From: Convolutriloba macropyga | Taxonomy: Eukaryota | DNA: 64,000 nt | Direction of reading: 5' to 3' | Assembly (NCBI RefSeq): GCF_964194025.1 | Contig: NC_134481.1 | Span: 23,622,001-23,686,000 of the forward strand | Shown: positions 14,470 to 27,719 of the stretch, in pieces | Layout of the letters: every line of letters starts with the position of its first letter | Position numbering within the stretch: the stretch's first letter is position 1 | Translations under genes and position numbers: made by a program | The notes under the pieces: model-generated | What the model was told of the DNA's origin: nothing | The model's database searches: none | What the model saw: only the letters and a program-made list of their open reading frames with translations

Positions 14470-14618
14470 TGTTGCCAATGTTATTGCAACTTTCAAGATG
14501 ATTCAAAAGCCGCCAAAATTGCAACAAAAACTTGACTCTTTTGTCCAACAACGTGAAACTTAGACGTGCTCTTTTAACAAATTAACAAATGATTAGACTA
14601 GAGATATGTTTTAAAACA
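14470..14618 (+). repeat. 3' LTR of BEL/Pao element
   Basis: Direct repeat of 6045-6193, followed by TSD CTTAC. Confidence 0.95.
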
Positions 14619-15800
14619 CTTACAAAAGTCAGCAACCGAATTTTAAACAAACAAATGAGGGCGCGTTTGGATATCTACAAGTTAACAGGATCTACAACTA
14701 AACAGGCAGTCAGTGCGTTAGCAACATCAAATGAAAGATCCAAGCAGTGGAGAAGAATTAAAGATATGAAATTGAAGATTCAATCGGATAATTGTTCAAT
14801 AGACATTAAAAGACAACGTATTTTTCGATTCAATTTCTTTCCCATCTGCCTCATTTTATTGCAAGGTCAGGCAGTTTGGATACCACGAGGCTCAAAGCCA
14901 GTATGCGACATCAGGAAATCTGATACAAAAGAAAACAAATTATTTTTGACAAACGCTGATACATCAGAATGTTATAAAGATAAAGTTTTTCATTAAAATT
15001 CCCGAATTTATTGTTCGTAGTTTGTATCAAGAGCAATCTTGGATAACATTCACAAGGTCAGCATAAACAGAACTTTCTTCAATGATCACCTCGACGCTAA
15101 AAGCTTGATTGCTTTATCTTTGTCGTAGAGTGGAACCATACTGTAGATTTCAAGCTACTCATAATACTCTCCTTAGCAGACATCTACCAATAGCTCGAAC
15201 GCTGTATGAATAGGCTTTCTCCAGTGGCGCCTGTTCAGATGAAGTCATCTATGTGCATTTTAAACGGCTTTTATTTTGTATCAAAGCTACTGTCTGATGC
15301 TTTTAACACATTTGCTGAAAAAGTATAATTACAGGGCAAAACTATTTGCAAAGGTGTAACATTTGACTTTTTAAACGCTCCAGCTTGAGAGACGTAATAT
15401 TTGTTTGTATGTAAAATCAAACACAATCTGATTTTACATACAAACAAGGCGACTCGTGCTAATCTGTGTGTAGCACAGAAGTTTCCAACATGCCACTCAA
15501 GTTTGTAAAAACAACTTTTAAAATTTGTCAGAAAAACGGTTGTAGGAATCCGAAAGAAACTCATAAGCATTGGAGAAAATTACTTGTACTGTTTGAACTA
15601 AAAAAACATATCGCTTTCTTTTGGCAGACGAAAACGAAAACTCTTCATCACATTCTAGAAAGCTAAGTGTAATAAATGTAGTGCAAAGTGAAACACATAG
15701 ACACAAAAAACTCAAACAAACCAACACACACAAAACATTTTACACAAAAAAATCAACACCAAACAAAATTTTTTTAAAATTTTCTATTGAGCAATAGGCC

Positions 15801-16223
15801 TGTGATATCCTCGTTTGTGGGGATACGTATTTGAGCCACAAATTCGATAGAAAATGTAGTTAGGGATTCGTGGTCCGAATCCACACTTTTACTAATGAGT
15901 GGGATTACCACTTTTAGATTATTCTGACAAATGAGCAACGAATGTAGCTGCTTTTTATCCGCTATGGATATCCTTCTCGAATCCACTCGGATTCTGCCTA
16001 TTGGAAAACAGAGTAGAATGAAGCAACTGAATTTAGTAGTGAAAGTTAAAGGAATGACAGGATGATGAAAATGGGTTGTGTGAACTAATGAAAACTTGAC
16101 TTATTAGTCGTAGGCAAACTTAGAATGTGTGAACATTGACTTCTAATTGAGAAAGGGCAAACTAAAACAGATCTAGTACATAAGTGCGACAATTTGAACT
16201 AAATAAGGTACAACCGTACCACA
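15801..16223 (-). repeat. 3' LTR of gypsy element
   Basis: Direct repeat of 22184-22605; preceded on the minus strand by the PPT at 16224-16236. Confidence 0.95.
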
Positions 16224-16702
16224 TATCCTCCGCTTCAAATAAATTTTAGACTGCAACACCATAAAATTTAAAATATTAATAACGTATGTACTGGCTATTA
16301 TAAATAGTAGAATAAAAAACAATACTGAGTGAACAGATAAGTGCAGTGTACTTGAGAAGCATATCCACATAAATTATAATGAACACAATTCCGTCATCTT
16401 TACACTGAATTCAAAACAGACAACATGAATTAACGCACAATTGAGACACAAATGCAAAAAATTAAATATGTTCAATGAACTGCTACATTAGCAATTATTT
16501 AATGAAAGGGCATTACTTGAGAGACATTCACGAATAATTGAACAATAACAACTAAGAAAATTCGCAATTGCATTGCGAATCAAGATGAAATCGACATACT
16601 CACAATATAAATTAATTTTATGCCACAACTGTAGCACGAATCCAAATCATAATTAACAATTGCAATAACTAAAAGCAACAAATGTAAGTTTTAAGAGTAA
16701 GT

Positions 16703-19700
16703 TTAAAATTGGTTGTCCGCGTCAAATACGCTCATGCTTATTTCACGAGCATAGTCCTCGTACTCATAGTTTTCGGGAGACCATGTCCCAACTGGAGGTG
16801 GAGCAAGCGGACTAACAACTGGTAAATCGAAAGACGTCTCCACTACTGGAGGCTGTGATGCTCCTTCTTGAATGATGGTCTCGATTACCGGGTTGGTTGT
16901 TCGAGGACGTTTAGGTGCAGGGACAGCAGCGTCATCACTGACCGAGCACACAGAGCTCTCAAAATCGAAATAGTCTGGGGCTCGACGATTTCTTTTAGCT
17001 TTGGACGCGGGGGTTGAAGTAGTAGACGATGCGGCCGATGATGCAACGACTGAGGAGGCGTTCGAAGCATTCAGAGTTGTCGATGATTGTCGCGAGCGTT
17101 TTCCTCCTGCTTGGGGCTTTTGAGGTTTCCGCGATGTCATTGCTTTTGATATACTGCTGTTCGCCGAGGAGACGCCCGAGGCTGCATCGGACTGCGTGGT
17201 TCTTTGGCGAATTTTAATTTCTCCCCTGTATTTCTTCTTTAAATCCTTGCCGTGTTGAGGAAATCTTTTCCTCCGTGGTTTTTTCGTAGGGTAACGGTCA
17301 TCTTTGGGCATATTGCAACAGATCTGTATTCCGTTCAGCTCGAGTGCCAAACTTTGCAAAATCGCTATTGCGAACTCGTACCTCAGGAACTCCAGGTTCT
17401 TTGATCACTGTCGTTGTGTCGGATGTGCGGACTACTGTGCTGCCAGGAGCCAAAGTTTCCCATAAACCACGAAGATCTCTCTTTGAGCGTTTCGTCACCT
17501 TCCGTGCCAACTTCAAATCGAGTGACTTCTCGGATCGTGGTATGGGGTTGTTTAGCTTCGAGTGCATGATGAATCTGGAGACTGACTTGTTGTGTTCCCC
17601 GTTGTACCGGCGTCCCGCATCCACCTGCGCCTTTTGCATGGACTCTTCGATGAGCAAATCACTTCGATCACCGCTCACCCATCCATTATCATCGAGGTAG
17701 TCTTCAACTGGAACGTTATAGACATCTAAATAGTGATGAAGGATGCTTTTATATGAAAGATTAGTTGACTTTGGACTTGTACTTATATTACTTAATGGCG
17801 TGCTAGGCTTTCTTCCGAAATGTGCTTGGAAAGGTGTTACATTTGTGGTCTTTTGTTTGCATATACGCAATTGATATACTATTGACTTTATTGCTTCTTT
17901 AATTGTAAATGTGGTATTTCTACTATCTAATTTCATGCAGCCTAAGCGTCTTTTAATAGTTTGTATCAAACGCTCCACTAATCCAATAGCTCTATGGTCT
18001 TTTGCAGGGGCAGTGATTATGTTAATATTGTGTTGTTTACAGTAATTCTTTACTTTATAACCTTTTAAACAGCTTGCTTGATCTAATCTAATATTACGTG
18101 GGACACGTGTATGTGAATGTAGTCTAAGAATTTAATGACGTTTGGTCCATTGGCTTTTCCAAATACTTTCACAGTTGGATATTTTGAAAAAAGGTCAATG
18201 CATGCAAGGAAATGTATATCTTGATCTTTTTCATTAGTAATTGGCCCACCAAAATCATTTTGTATTTCTTTATTAGGTTCTGAACAGTTTATCAAAGGTT
18301 TCCATTTTATCGCTGGAACAATTGGTTTAAGATTCTTACCAATGTCAGTACAGGGTTTGCATTGGGCAGCCTTGTTCAGCATTCCCGACGCATGTATGGC
18401 CAGAACGCGTACTGACCGAGAGTTATCATACCCCAGCTGCCAGGGTGTGTGAGATGCAGGCTTTCAAGGACTGCTTCATGTATTGAGTGCGGGATTGCCA
18501 CCCGTTCGTCCACGCACACACAACGCGATCGCACATAAAGATCACGCCAGTAGGAGTATAGGTAGGGGTTTACCTCTTTGCACCGTTGGGGGTCGTTCTG
18601 TAAGATGCAATCGCGGACCTCTTTAAGTGCCGCGTCCTTACTGGTCAATACAGCGAGAAATCCCTTAGTAAACAACTGATTTAAGTTGTTTACGCAAACT
18701 TCCTCTCTAGACAGTTCGAGATTGGGAGAAGTCGGACCCTCGTTTGAAGACCTCGTCGTGTTTGCCGCCGAGTTTGGGGTCGATTGGAATGTTACCCTGC
18801 TGTGGGTAGGAGGGGTTTGAGGGTTCGATTTTGTGCTGCTCATTGTTTTGGAAGAAATTGAGTGTATTTGTGTTGAGGCTGAGACGATTTTAGAGTTGGC
18901 GTGTATTCGATTTGGAAGTGAAGCAAAATTTGTAGTATGCGGGATTTGAGCTGCGTTTGCAGAGTTTTGGAGAAGCAACTGAGTCGTGTTTCGATTAATG
19001 GCAGAAAGCAAATTGGAATAGTTAGTCGAGCGAGGATGCGAGGCACGTGTGGAATGCGTATAATTGACGCTGTTAAAATTGTGATTGGCAGTTTTGTTGT
19101 GTGGTATTTACATAAATTGCTGCAATAGCGTCACGAATGCGGGTAATTGTTGCTACCGCAAATTCCTCATCGTATTTGTTTGTAACTTTCGCCTCTTGAT
19201 TTGGTTGACGAGAAATATAATCTACCAGCACCATTTTTGCCCCTGTTATATGTTCGATATTAAAATCAAAAGGTAAAAGACGGTCTACCCAGCGGGTTAA
19301 ACGACTATATGAGGATTTGTTGGACCAGTGTTCTCTCATATTTGAAAGTAATGCTCGATGATCAGTGATGATGGTGAAAGATTTGCCATATAAGTAATAT
19401 TTAAAATGTTCAACGGACCACACATCCCTAATAATTCCAGTTCATTAACTCTATAACGTTCCTCATTTGAGTTAAGGAAACGTGACGCGAATGCCACTGT
19501 ATTCCAACCGGTTGGCATGCGTTGTTCTAATGCTGCTCCTAATCCCGCCCGAGATGCGTCGCATTTGATACGCGTTTCCAAGTGAGGGTTAAAATGCGTA
19601 TTTTCCGTTGCGTTTGCAACTTTGTTTTTAATTGATTGAAATTGAGTTTCATTTTCGTCATTCCAGACGAATTTTGTGTTCTTTTGAAGTAATGGCCGAA

Positions 19701-22184
19701 GGGGATGGCATAACTGTGAGAGATTAGGGATGAATTTGCCTAAGTAATGAACAGAACCTAGAACGGAACGCAATTGTTTTAGATTTTAGGTGCTGATAAA
19801 TTTAGGATTTCTGCTGTTTTTGATTCAAGTGGTGCGATTCCCGACTGAGTGAATTTGTGTCCTAGCCATTCAATTTCTGTTTTTGCAAAGTGACACTTAG
19901 GTAAATTTATTCTTAAATTATCTTCATCTAATTTTTTTAGACATTTATAGACTAACTTTAGGTTTTCTTACTTTGAACCACGACTAACAATAATAATATC
20001 GTCCAAAAAGCAATGAATATTCTGAAGTCCAACTAGCGTATAATCCATTAATTTCTGGAATGCCGCAGGCATGTCAGTTAACCCGTAGAAGCCCGTAATA
20101 AAACGATATGTAAGAGTTCCCTTGCCACTAATAATATTGAAATTGCAATGCCGGGCCGTTTCCGGGTCTAAATTAAGTTGACTGTCTGCGTATTTCAAAT
20201 CCAAGGTAGAAAAACATGCTGTCTCCTGTGATGCGTTTGTATTTAAACTTTGTTGAATTTTGTCTATTAGGTTATCAATATTTAGCATTTGGTATTTATT
20301 TTTGTGGATAGGTTTATTCAAAATCTTGGAGTCTAAGGCCAGTTTAACCTATTTATCTCGTTTTACTGTGATAACTATAGGTGAGATTAAATTTTTTTCA
20401 GAACAGCTGTTTAACTTTATAATGTGTTTTTCACCGAGTAAATTTTGAAGTTCTACGTTTACTAATGGTTGTAAATTAATTAGGACTCGTCGTCCTTTTT
20501 GATGAGTAGGTGTAAATTGTTTGTGGAATGTGGATTTGACTGAATGTTTAAAAGATTTACCGATTCTTGTGATGAGACCCAGAAAATCAAATGCAAATTG
20601 TTTCTTGATTAGACATTGATTTTGAGCAAAATTTGCTACTTGTTTTAGCTGTGTTAGAGAGAAGCCTAGTTTTGAGAAGATGTCTCGTCCAATAATCGGT
20701 CGATGGCTATCTTCCACAACTGTTACATCGACTTTTGTGGCACTCTAATCATTGCATTTGATTGACGTATTAATTACTCCAATGATCTTGATTATATCAT
20801 TTGAGAAAGTTTTCAAGTCATGTATCTCCGGCGACTGTACCCAATAGCTCTTATCACACTCAGATTCCACCGTGTTTGCAAGACGCTTATTGATGATCGT
20901 GCACACACTCCCCGAATCCACCAATGCTTTAGTCCCTGTATTTCCAACACAAATGTCCAAATTCACCGGTTCTAGGTCTCGTGTTTCGTTTATGTATGCA
21001 ATCGTCGCCACATAATTATCACTGTAGTCGTCATAATCAGAGTCATAATTGGCATCATAGATGCTGTGTTATTGGAGTAGCCTATCTATGTTATTGACTT
21101 GTTCCAACGTGGTTGCAGACGTACCCACTGTAGCCGATTCACAAACGGAATCGTCGACGTTATTGACTCTTGTCTTCGGTTTATATTGAGTTTTTGATTT
21201 TCGACAGATCTTTGCAAAATGGTTAGCAATACCGCAGTTTTTGCACTTCTTTCCCCGGGGCGGGGCAGTTTCGTCTATGTGATTGTGACCATCCATAGCC
21301 ACAATTTGGACAGATTGTTGGCTTGACGAAATGATTAGTCGATGAACGCGCTCTATTCCACGATCCTTGCACGTTATTCACTGTCGCGCTTGTAATTTCG
21401 CTTGTTGTCGATTGAGCTGAGATTCCAGATATTTTCAGTTGATTTTGTATTCCCATCTCAATGTTCATGGCGATTTCAAGCGCTTTCTTCGCCGTTCTGG
21501 TCTCCTTTAACAATTCCCTTTGAATTTCGCCATCTTGCATGTTTGCGATGAAGACATCGCGAACGATTGACTCCTCGTGGCTTCCTAGGTCACAGTTGAG
21601 AGACAATTCTCGAAGGCAACCGTAGAACTTCTCCACCGGTTCGCCCTTCAACTGCTTCCTCGTAAGAAAAGCATACCGGTCAAAAGTGATGTTACGTTGT
21701 TTCGTAAACACTCTATCGAAACATTCCCAGAGATCTTTTGTTGTTACTTGATCTATTTGGATGTTCGGTTCTTGAGAACCGAATATTCGTCTGCCTTCCA
21801 TTCCCAGACTAAGGTATGTCAAAGAGACCACTTTGGTATCGCAGTATTTCCAAGGTTTCTCACCACACAATATGCCCACAAGTTCTATTTTTGACAACGA
21901 TTCAACCAGGAGTTCTTCAGTTGTTCATTTCGGATCCTTCGGTCATTTTTGCTCTGAGAAGTGCTGTTTTCAACGTCATCCTCGTATATGGGTTCAGGAG
22001 GGAGTGTGACCTTTTCTGGGGGGTCTTCGAGTAGGGTGTCAATCGAGATACCTTCTTTGGCCATGACAGCCAACTTCAGCATGATCTGCCAGCGGTCCCA
22101 TTGCAAAGGTGGCTCCAGTGTCGGCTTGTCCCAAAAGGGTTCAATTCCCAAAAGTGTTCGTTCTTTGGTTGATGACTGCGCCAT
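16703..22184 (-). pseudogene. Gypsy gag-pol with many stops and frameshifts and a long low-complexity tail
   Basis: Gag MAQSSTKE..., knuckles CPNCGYGWSQSHRRNC and CKNCGIANHFAKIC; protease ALVDSGS; RT LDLK...FYGLTDMPAAFQ...FLDDII; RNaseH CDAS...NELELL...TDH; integrase HLTHPG/CKPC, DFGGP, ERLIQTIKRRL; tail continues to 16703 after a stop and a frameshift. Confidence 0.95.
22174..22183 (-). promoter_or_regulatory. Primer-binding site (tRNA-Ser-like)
   Basis: TGGCGCAGTC directly abuts the 5' LTR end; complementary to the 3' end GACUGCGCCA typical of invertebrate tRNA-Ser. Confidence 0.8.
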
Positions 22185-22605
22185 GTGATATCCTCGTTTG
22201 TGGGGATACGTATTTGAGCCACAATCCGATAGAAATTGTAGTTGGGGATTCGTGGTGCGAATCCACACTTTTACTAATGAGTGGGATTACCACTTTTAGA
22301 TTATTCTGACAAATGATCAACGAATGTAGCTGCTTTTTATCCGCTATGGATATCCTTCTCGAATCCACTCGGATTCTGCCTATTGGAAAACAGAGTAGAA
22401 TGAAGCAACTGAATTTAGTAGTGAAAGTTAAAGGAATGACAGGATGATGAAAATGGGTTGTGTGAACTAATGAAAACTTGACTTATTAGTCGTAGGCAAA
22501 CTTAGAATATGTGAACATTGACTTCTAATTGAGAAAGGGCAAACTAAAACAGATCTAGTACATAAGTGCGACAATTTGAGATAAATAAGGTACAACCGTA
22601 CCACA
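22184..22605 (-). repeat. 5' LTR of gypsy element
   Basis: Direct repeat of 15801-16223, flanked by TSD AGGCC. Confidence 0.95.
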
Positions 22606-23564
22606 AGGCCAATACTCAAGGTGCGTGATTGTTCATTTAAGTGCTCCACCTTTTTTGCAAAAAAAACTAAGTGTGGACTTTTTGAGGTAATTGTACCGGT
22701 AAACTTATTTTTGATGCTAAACTTGCAACCTCATGTATTTTATGAAAAACTTTTGACAATGCATAATTGGAGTATTAATTTGGCTAATCTCTCGCAAATG
22801 TGCCATCTGAAAATACAAATGTAGATGTGCCGCGATTCAAAAACCAGTCGTTTGAATTCTGTACCTAGTTAAGGCCGCAATTTGTAGCAAATATTAAATA
22901 ATTTTTATAACTTTCATGTTTTCGCCTTCTGCCTCTAGTTTTATCTAATATTTAAAGAAGCCAACTCGCTCACCATTTATCTATCTATTCTGGACACACA
23001 TGCCACAAACATTTCTCAAGCGCACAGGAATACTTACACCCAGATATGCATACACATCCACAAACACAAATACAAGGGAAGACACCAAAAAAAACAGGTT
23101 AAAAATTTTATTTTTGTCATCTGATCATTACACAAGGTTCATCACCGTTCGTCTAAGTTCTAATTTTTTTTCCGAAAAAAACAGCAAGGCCTTCTTGAGC
23201 CATATTTATTGGTAGGAGTGAAATTGAACCAAAAAATTAAATATATTATTTTGAATCTTTTCGAAAAGTTTTGTCATTTTTGATCTTTTATTAGCATAAT
23301 TAGACAATTAGTTCTTTTCAAATCTCTTCCACGTTTCATCAAAGAAAATGGAAAACACAAAAGTTTGGCTTTCGGCATATTCGAAGCCGCACTTTGTTGC
23401 AAAATTTAAGAAATCTTTTTTAATTCTTCAAGACTTTTGACAGTTTTTGCCCTATGCCTCATCTTGAGTCTAAAACGAACTATTTATCTCACTCTTTCAA
23501 TGCCTATTTTACGCACACATACCACGCTTTTCAAACACGTACACACATTTGTAGAGCCACATAA

Positions 23565-23567
23565 GCG

Positions 23568-23625
<58 letters not shown>
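23565..23625. repeat. (GC)n(CA)n compound microsatellite
   Basis: Read directly. Confidence 0.98.
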
Positions 23626-23628
<3 letters not shown>

Positions 23629-26094
23629 CAGACACACACACAAATACAAACCCCGTCACCAAAAAGAAACACTTTGGAAATCTATTCTGGCATCTTTTTT
23701 GGCCAAGTCTAATCACATTTCATTTAGCTCTTGCTTGGTTGTTTGAAAATTTAGATGTGTATCTATTTAGGCAATTGTCTTGGTAACCATAGAGTTGACA
23801 ATGTTTTTTTAAATAAACTTTTGAAAAACTTTCGAATTTGTTGTTATTTTTGATGTTCCATGAGAATAATGGGGCAACTAGTTCTCGTAGAAGTTTTATC
23901 AGACAAAATGAAAAACACGGATTTTTAGCTTTTGACATTTCTGACACTTTTTACTCACTGCCTCTATTTGTGTAATATTTTAAGGAACTATTTCTCTGAC
24001 TTACTCTTTTTCTTCGTCTATCTTACATACGCATACCTCGTCGTTCAAACACGCACACAGACACACATATGTACACCCATACAAGCACCCACACACACAA
24101 CAACAACACGCACACACCCACACTCAAACAAAAACAAACCTCGCCTCCAAAAAAAATGAAACAATTAATTCTTTTGTCACAATAATTTTAGGTCTTGTTT
24201 GCTTTTTCGAAAACTTAGGTCTGTACCTCTTGAGGTAATTGTATCAGTTATGAAAATTCGACAATGTTATTTGAAGTGAACTCCTTGAAGTTTCCGAGAA
24301 TTGACAGAGAAAAAAGCCAGCCTCGTACATTCCCTTCTTTTGAGAAAAACGTTGGAACAATTATAATAGCATTTACCTTTATATTCCATTTTTGTAGTTA
24401 GAAATAGTTAGTAATAGTTTTTACATTTACCTCCATTTTTGTAGTTAGAAATAGAAGAAATAATAATTTTGAGAATTGAGCTGAATTTCATCAACTGTAG
24501 TTATAGGGTTTAGAGTAAAGATAAAATCCGAAGAGCTCTTTCAGGGCATCTTTGACCAATTTTGATTTAAAATATAGTGGAATTTATTATCGAATATAAT
24601 GAAGTTGCTCATACTATTTGCTTGGCCCTTAAATGGCACTTGATAATGCCGAAAACACAGCCGGCAGATTGCCGGAAAATAGCAGCTGTTGAACCCCACT
24701 GACCGATGTTCGAATTGAAACAATTAGAAAAAAATAAAGAAACAGCCGGAAGACATTTATAACAACTCGAAATAGATATTCACTTAGGCCCCAGCCAACA
24801 ACCCGCTCAACCAAAAAGATCTTCTTATCCTTTATAGTTGTAGTTTTTAAACAATAACAGAGTATTCTATATGAGGAAAACCAAATCTGTAATGAAATGA
24901 TAAGTTTGGTAAAATATTGTCGCAAGTTGAGACTCCAAAACAATTATTGGCAAAAAATTTGCAATCAAAACAGCAGTCATTCAAGACAAGATAGCAAATA
25001 CAGAAAAAATCAATACAATGGAACATGCGGAGATAACCAAGAATCAAAAACTTTTTTTGTTTAAAAGATTACATAAGAAAATCTAAATACTGCTTCACAG
25101 CAATTTTTCGAGACAACTCGGTAAACTTTATCCTCAATCGGTGACCCAACCATTGCCTGTCAGAGGCATCCTAACCAACAATTTCATAAATTCGCAAAAA
25201 AACTGAAAAAAAAAACCAATTTGTATTATTTATCATATTGTATAAACTTCACTATAAAATCTCGAAGCATCCTTTCTTAGCCCAAAATACCTACTAAATA
25301 GCTTTCGATTACTAGCAATCACCGAATAGCATTGCAAGAAGCTCAAAAATGGGAAAAATAAGCAAGAAAAGACGAATATTGTATAAAATTTGATCAAATT
25401 CATTGATTCATTTTAAAAAACAACCTAAAATTAGTTTTAATGAAATGAATAGATCAACAAATACTCCAAACCAGCCTGAGCATAAGCAAAAAAAAACATT
25501 TTGTATTAGCAAAGATTGCAAGTGCTAATAAAGTAGCTTTCAACAGGGCAAAATTGCAAGAATATTTAAGTATCATCTAAAAGTCTAATATTTGCATCGG
25601 ATTGTCAAAAAAACTTCCAAACAAATTAATACAAGACAATAAAATAGGGGAACCAACCTAAGATGAAAAAACACCACTCAAAAAAAGCCCATGTGATCAA
25701 AATTTGCTCCCATACCAAAAACTAAATTTTTTCCCTCTTAGATTATAGCATGAACAGAAATTCCTCCTTGCCTTTGCTTTCCACTTGTGTACAGCAGAAT
25801 GACCTAAACACTTGTTTTCACGTGCGGCATTTGACTTCGCATCATGTGAAAAGAAATGTAGCCGATTAAAAAAAAGATCACCACAACCCTTCTTCGAGTC
25901 TAAAATTCAGGAGTTTAAAATTTTTTCTCTAAGTCAAAAAATATTGTCCGCATTTTCTTTAGAATTAATTAACAAGTTCAATGCAACCTCTAAATTGGGG
26001 GAAAATAGGCATAGCACCGAAACATATTTCGCTCCACTTCCTGTTTCCACATGACCAAATCTTGACATCAATTAGACTTCAAAAATCATGAATG

Positions 26095-26257
26095 GGATCT
26101 TTTCCGTTTGTGCCCCCCCAGCTTAGTGGGCGCATATTATTTGCAACCCCCAGACGCACGTGCCATATTTTCACTATGATGATTTACTATGTAATGGCAC
26201 GTGCTCTGTAATTGGGGGGCGCATAACGTACTGGGGGGGCACAAACGGAAAAGATCC
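26095..26257. mobile_element. MITE copy 1 (Merlin-like: GG termini, 8-bp TSD)
   Basis: TIR GGATCTTTTCCGTTTGTGCCCCC; TSD CATGAATG at 26087-26094 and 26258-26265. Confidence 0.9.
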
Positions 26258-26314
26258 CATGAATGTGTAAACAGATCTTAAGAAAAAGACCGCGCCCCAA
26301 AACAATTCAAATTC

Positions 26315-26473
26315 GGATCTTTTCCGTTTGTGCCCCCAGTACGTTATGCGCCCCCAGTTACAGAGCACGTGCCATTACATAGTAAATCTTTATGGAAAAA
26401 TATGGCACGTGCATTGGGAGGTGCAAATAATATGCAGCCACTAAGCTGGGGGGCGCACAAACGGAAAAGATCC
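26315..26473. mobile_element. MITE copy 2, same family, inverted relative to copy 1
   Basis: Same TIR; TSD TCAAATTC at 26307-26314 and 26474-26481; paralogous empty host site at ~50040-50116. Confidence 0.9.
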
Positions 26474-27669
26474 TCAAATTCTTTGAATTGTAAAAGGGAG
26501 AGTGCCTAAATAATAGTCTTCAATAGGTTGATGGCGGCTAATAATTATTATCAGTGTTATGGTTTCGTTGTTGTCTCCGTCTGAAATTTACTGGTTCTGA
26601 CATTTGAACAATTAGACATAGCTGCCAATTGTGATTTTGCTCTATTCTATTCAATTTCTCTTGTAAATAATCGAGTTCTTTGATTTGCCCATCTGACACT
26701 TATAAGAGTGAAGAAAACATACCGTAAAATACAACGGATATGTTGAGTTGAAAAACACTATAAGACAACTAATTGTCTCGATAGTGCTTCACAGCATTCA
26801 CTATAAACGGGCACATGTTAAGTTGAATCAAGTTTAGTTAAAATAATATTTTTCTCGAGGAGGGCTAGAGGGGATTCGAAACCTACTGAGATTTAAAATG
26901 AAAATGACCAACTTTGGCGCACTTTTCGTAACTTTGACTTTAGTACTAATAAACTGCCGCCAATTGAGTTCAGCTGCTTAAAATTGCGAATGAAAAAGAA
27001 GTACGCGCTTGGGGTGATAGGAGAGTTTGGGGGTAGGTATGTGAATGGCGGTAGCTAGCTGCGGAAAAGACACGCGTTTATAATAACTGCTTTAAACTTC
27101 GTTCGAGAGCATTTCAAACTATTTATTCGCATCCTCTGGTCGTGAAAAGATTCCTCTGGAAAAATTTATTATAATTTGACAATAGCGTCTGAACAATTCA
27201 ACTGTTCTGAAGCTGCAATTCGTCCAAGTATAAACAAAGAGAGCGAGAAGATCGAGAGAAAGATACTTTAGCAGCAGTTGCATGTACTACTTGCAACATA
27301 TAGCGAGATTGGTGACATGACAAATTGTACATGACAGAGTAATCATGATCACATTATTTCTAACATCCGTTAATTCGCTGCATATGAAGAATCGACTAAA
27401 TTAATTTTCATCAATAGAGGCGCCACAACTAAGTTCAGGTGTTTAATTGGCAGGTTCATTCATTTACTCATTTGTCTACCATCATAGTTACAAATAGCTA
27501 CAGGATACTGTTTCCATTGTTATGAAGCTATGAGCAAAAATAAATATTTCACATAAACAGCAAAGCCATACTCTGTCAGAAAATACATAATTTAAATTTC
27601 AATCCACGACAGTGAAAACTTGAACACGATGTGTGAACTATTAAGTTCCCAAAACTCATTTTCAATCAA

Positions 27670-27675
27670 TTTATT
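27670..27675 (-). promoter_or_regulatory. Candidate polyadenylation signal of importin-7 (alternative at 27122-27127)
   Basis: AATAAA on the minus strand 45 nt after the stop codon. Confidence 0.45.
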
Positions 27676-27719
27676 CAACATCGCGTTCATTTGTTACAAT
27701 TAGAAGTGGTGACAGCAAA

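Larger units (their letters stand above)
6045..14618 (+). mobile_element. Full-length but defective BEL/Pao LTR retrotransposon
   Basis: 149-bp TG...CA LTRs at 6045-6193 and 14470-14618 with one mismatch; 5-bp TSD CTTAC at 6040-6044 and 14619-14623; PBS-like TGGCGACC at 6200; BEL-type gag-RT-RNaseH-IN coding region inside. Confidence 0.95.
15801..22605 (-). mobile_element. Full-length defective Ty3/gypsy LTR retrotransposon (Mag-like)
   Basis: LTRs 15801-16223 and 22184-22605 (TG...CA, roughly 10 differences); TSD AGGCC at 15796-15800 and 22606-22610; PBS TGGCGCAGTC; PPT GAAGCGGAGGATA; domain order gag-PR-RT-RH-IN. Confidence 0.96.

Noticed and set aside
14589-15450. Host or transposon ORF after the BEL element
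   Set aside because: The ORF starts inside the LTR and crosses the TSD; no recognisable domain on either strand
16703-17359. Separate third ORF (env) in the Mag-like element
   Set aside because: Better explained as the Pol tail after a stop and frameshift; no signal peptide or TM segment
23437-23716. His/Thr or Cys/Val repeat proteins
   Set aside because: Translations of the (CA)n microsatellite
26095-26473. Single foldback element
   Set aside because: Two different 8-bp TSDs and a host-derived spacer show two separate insertions
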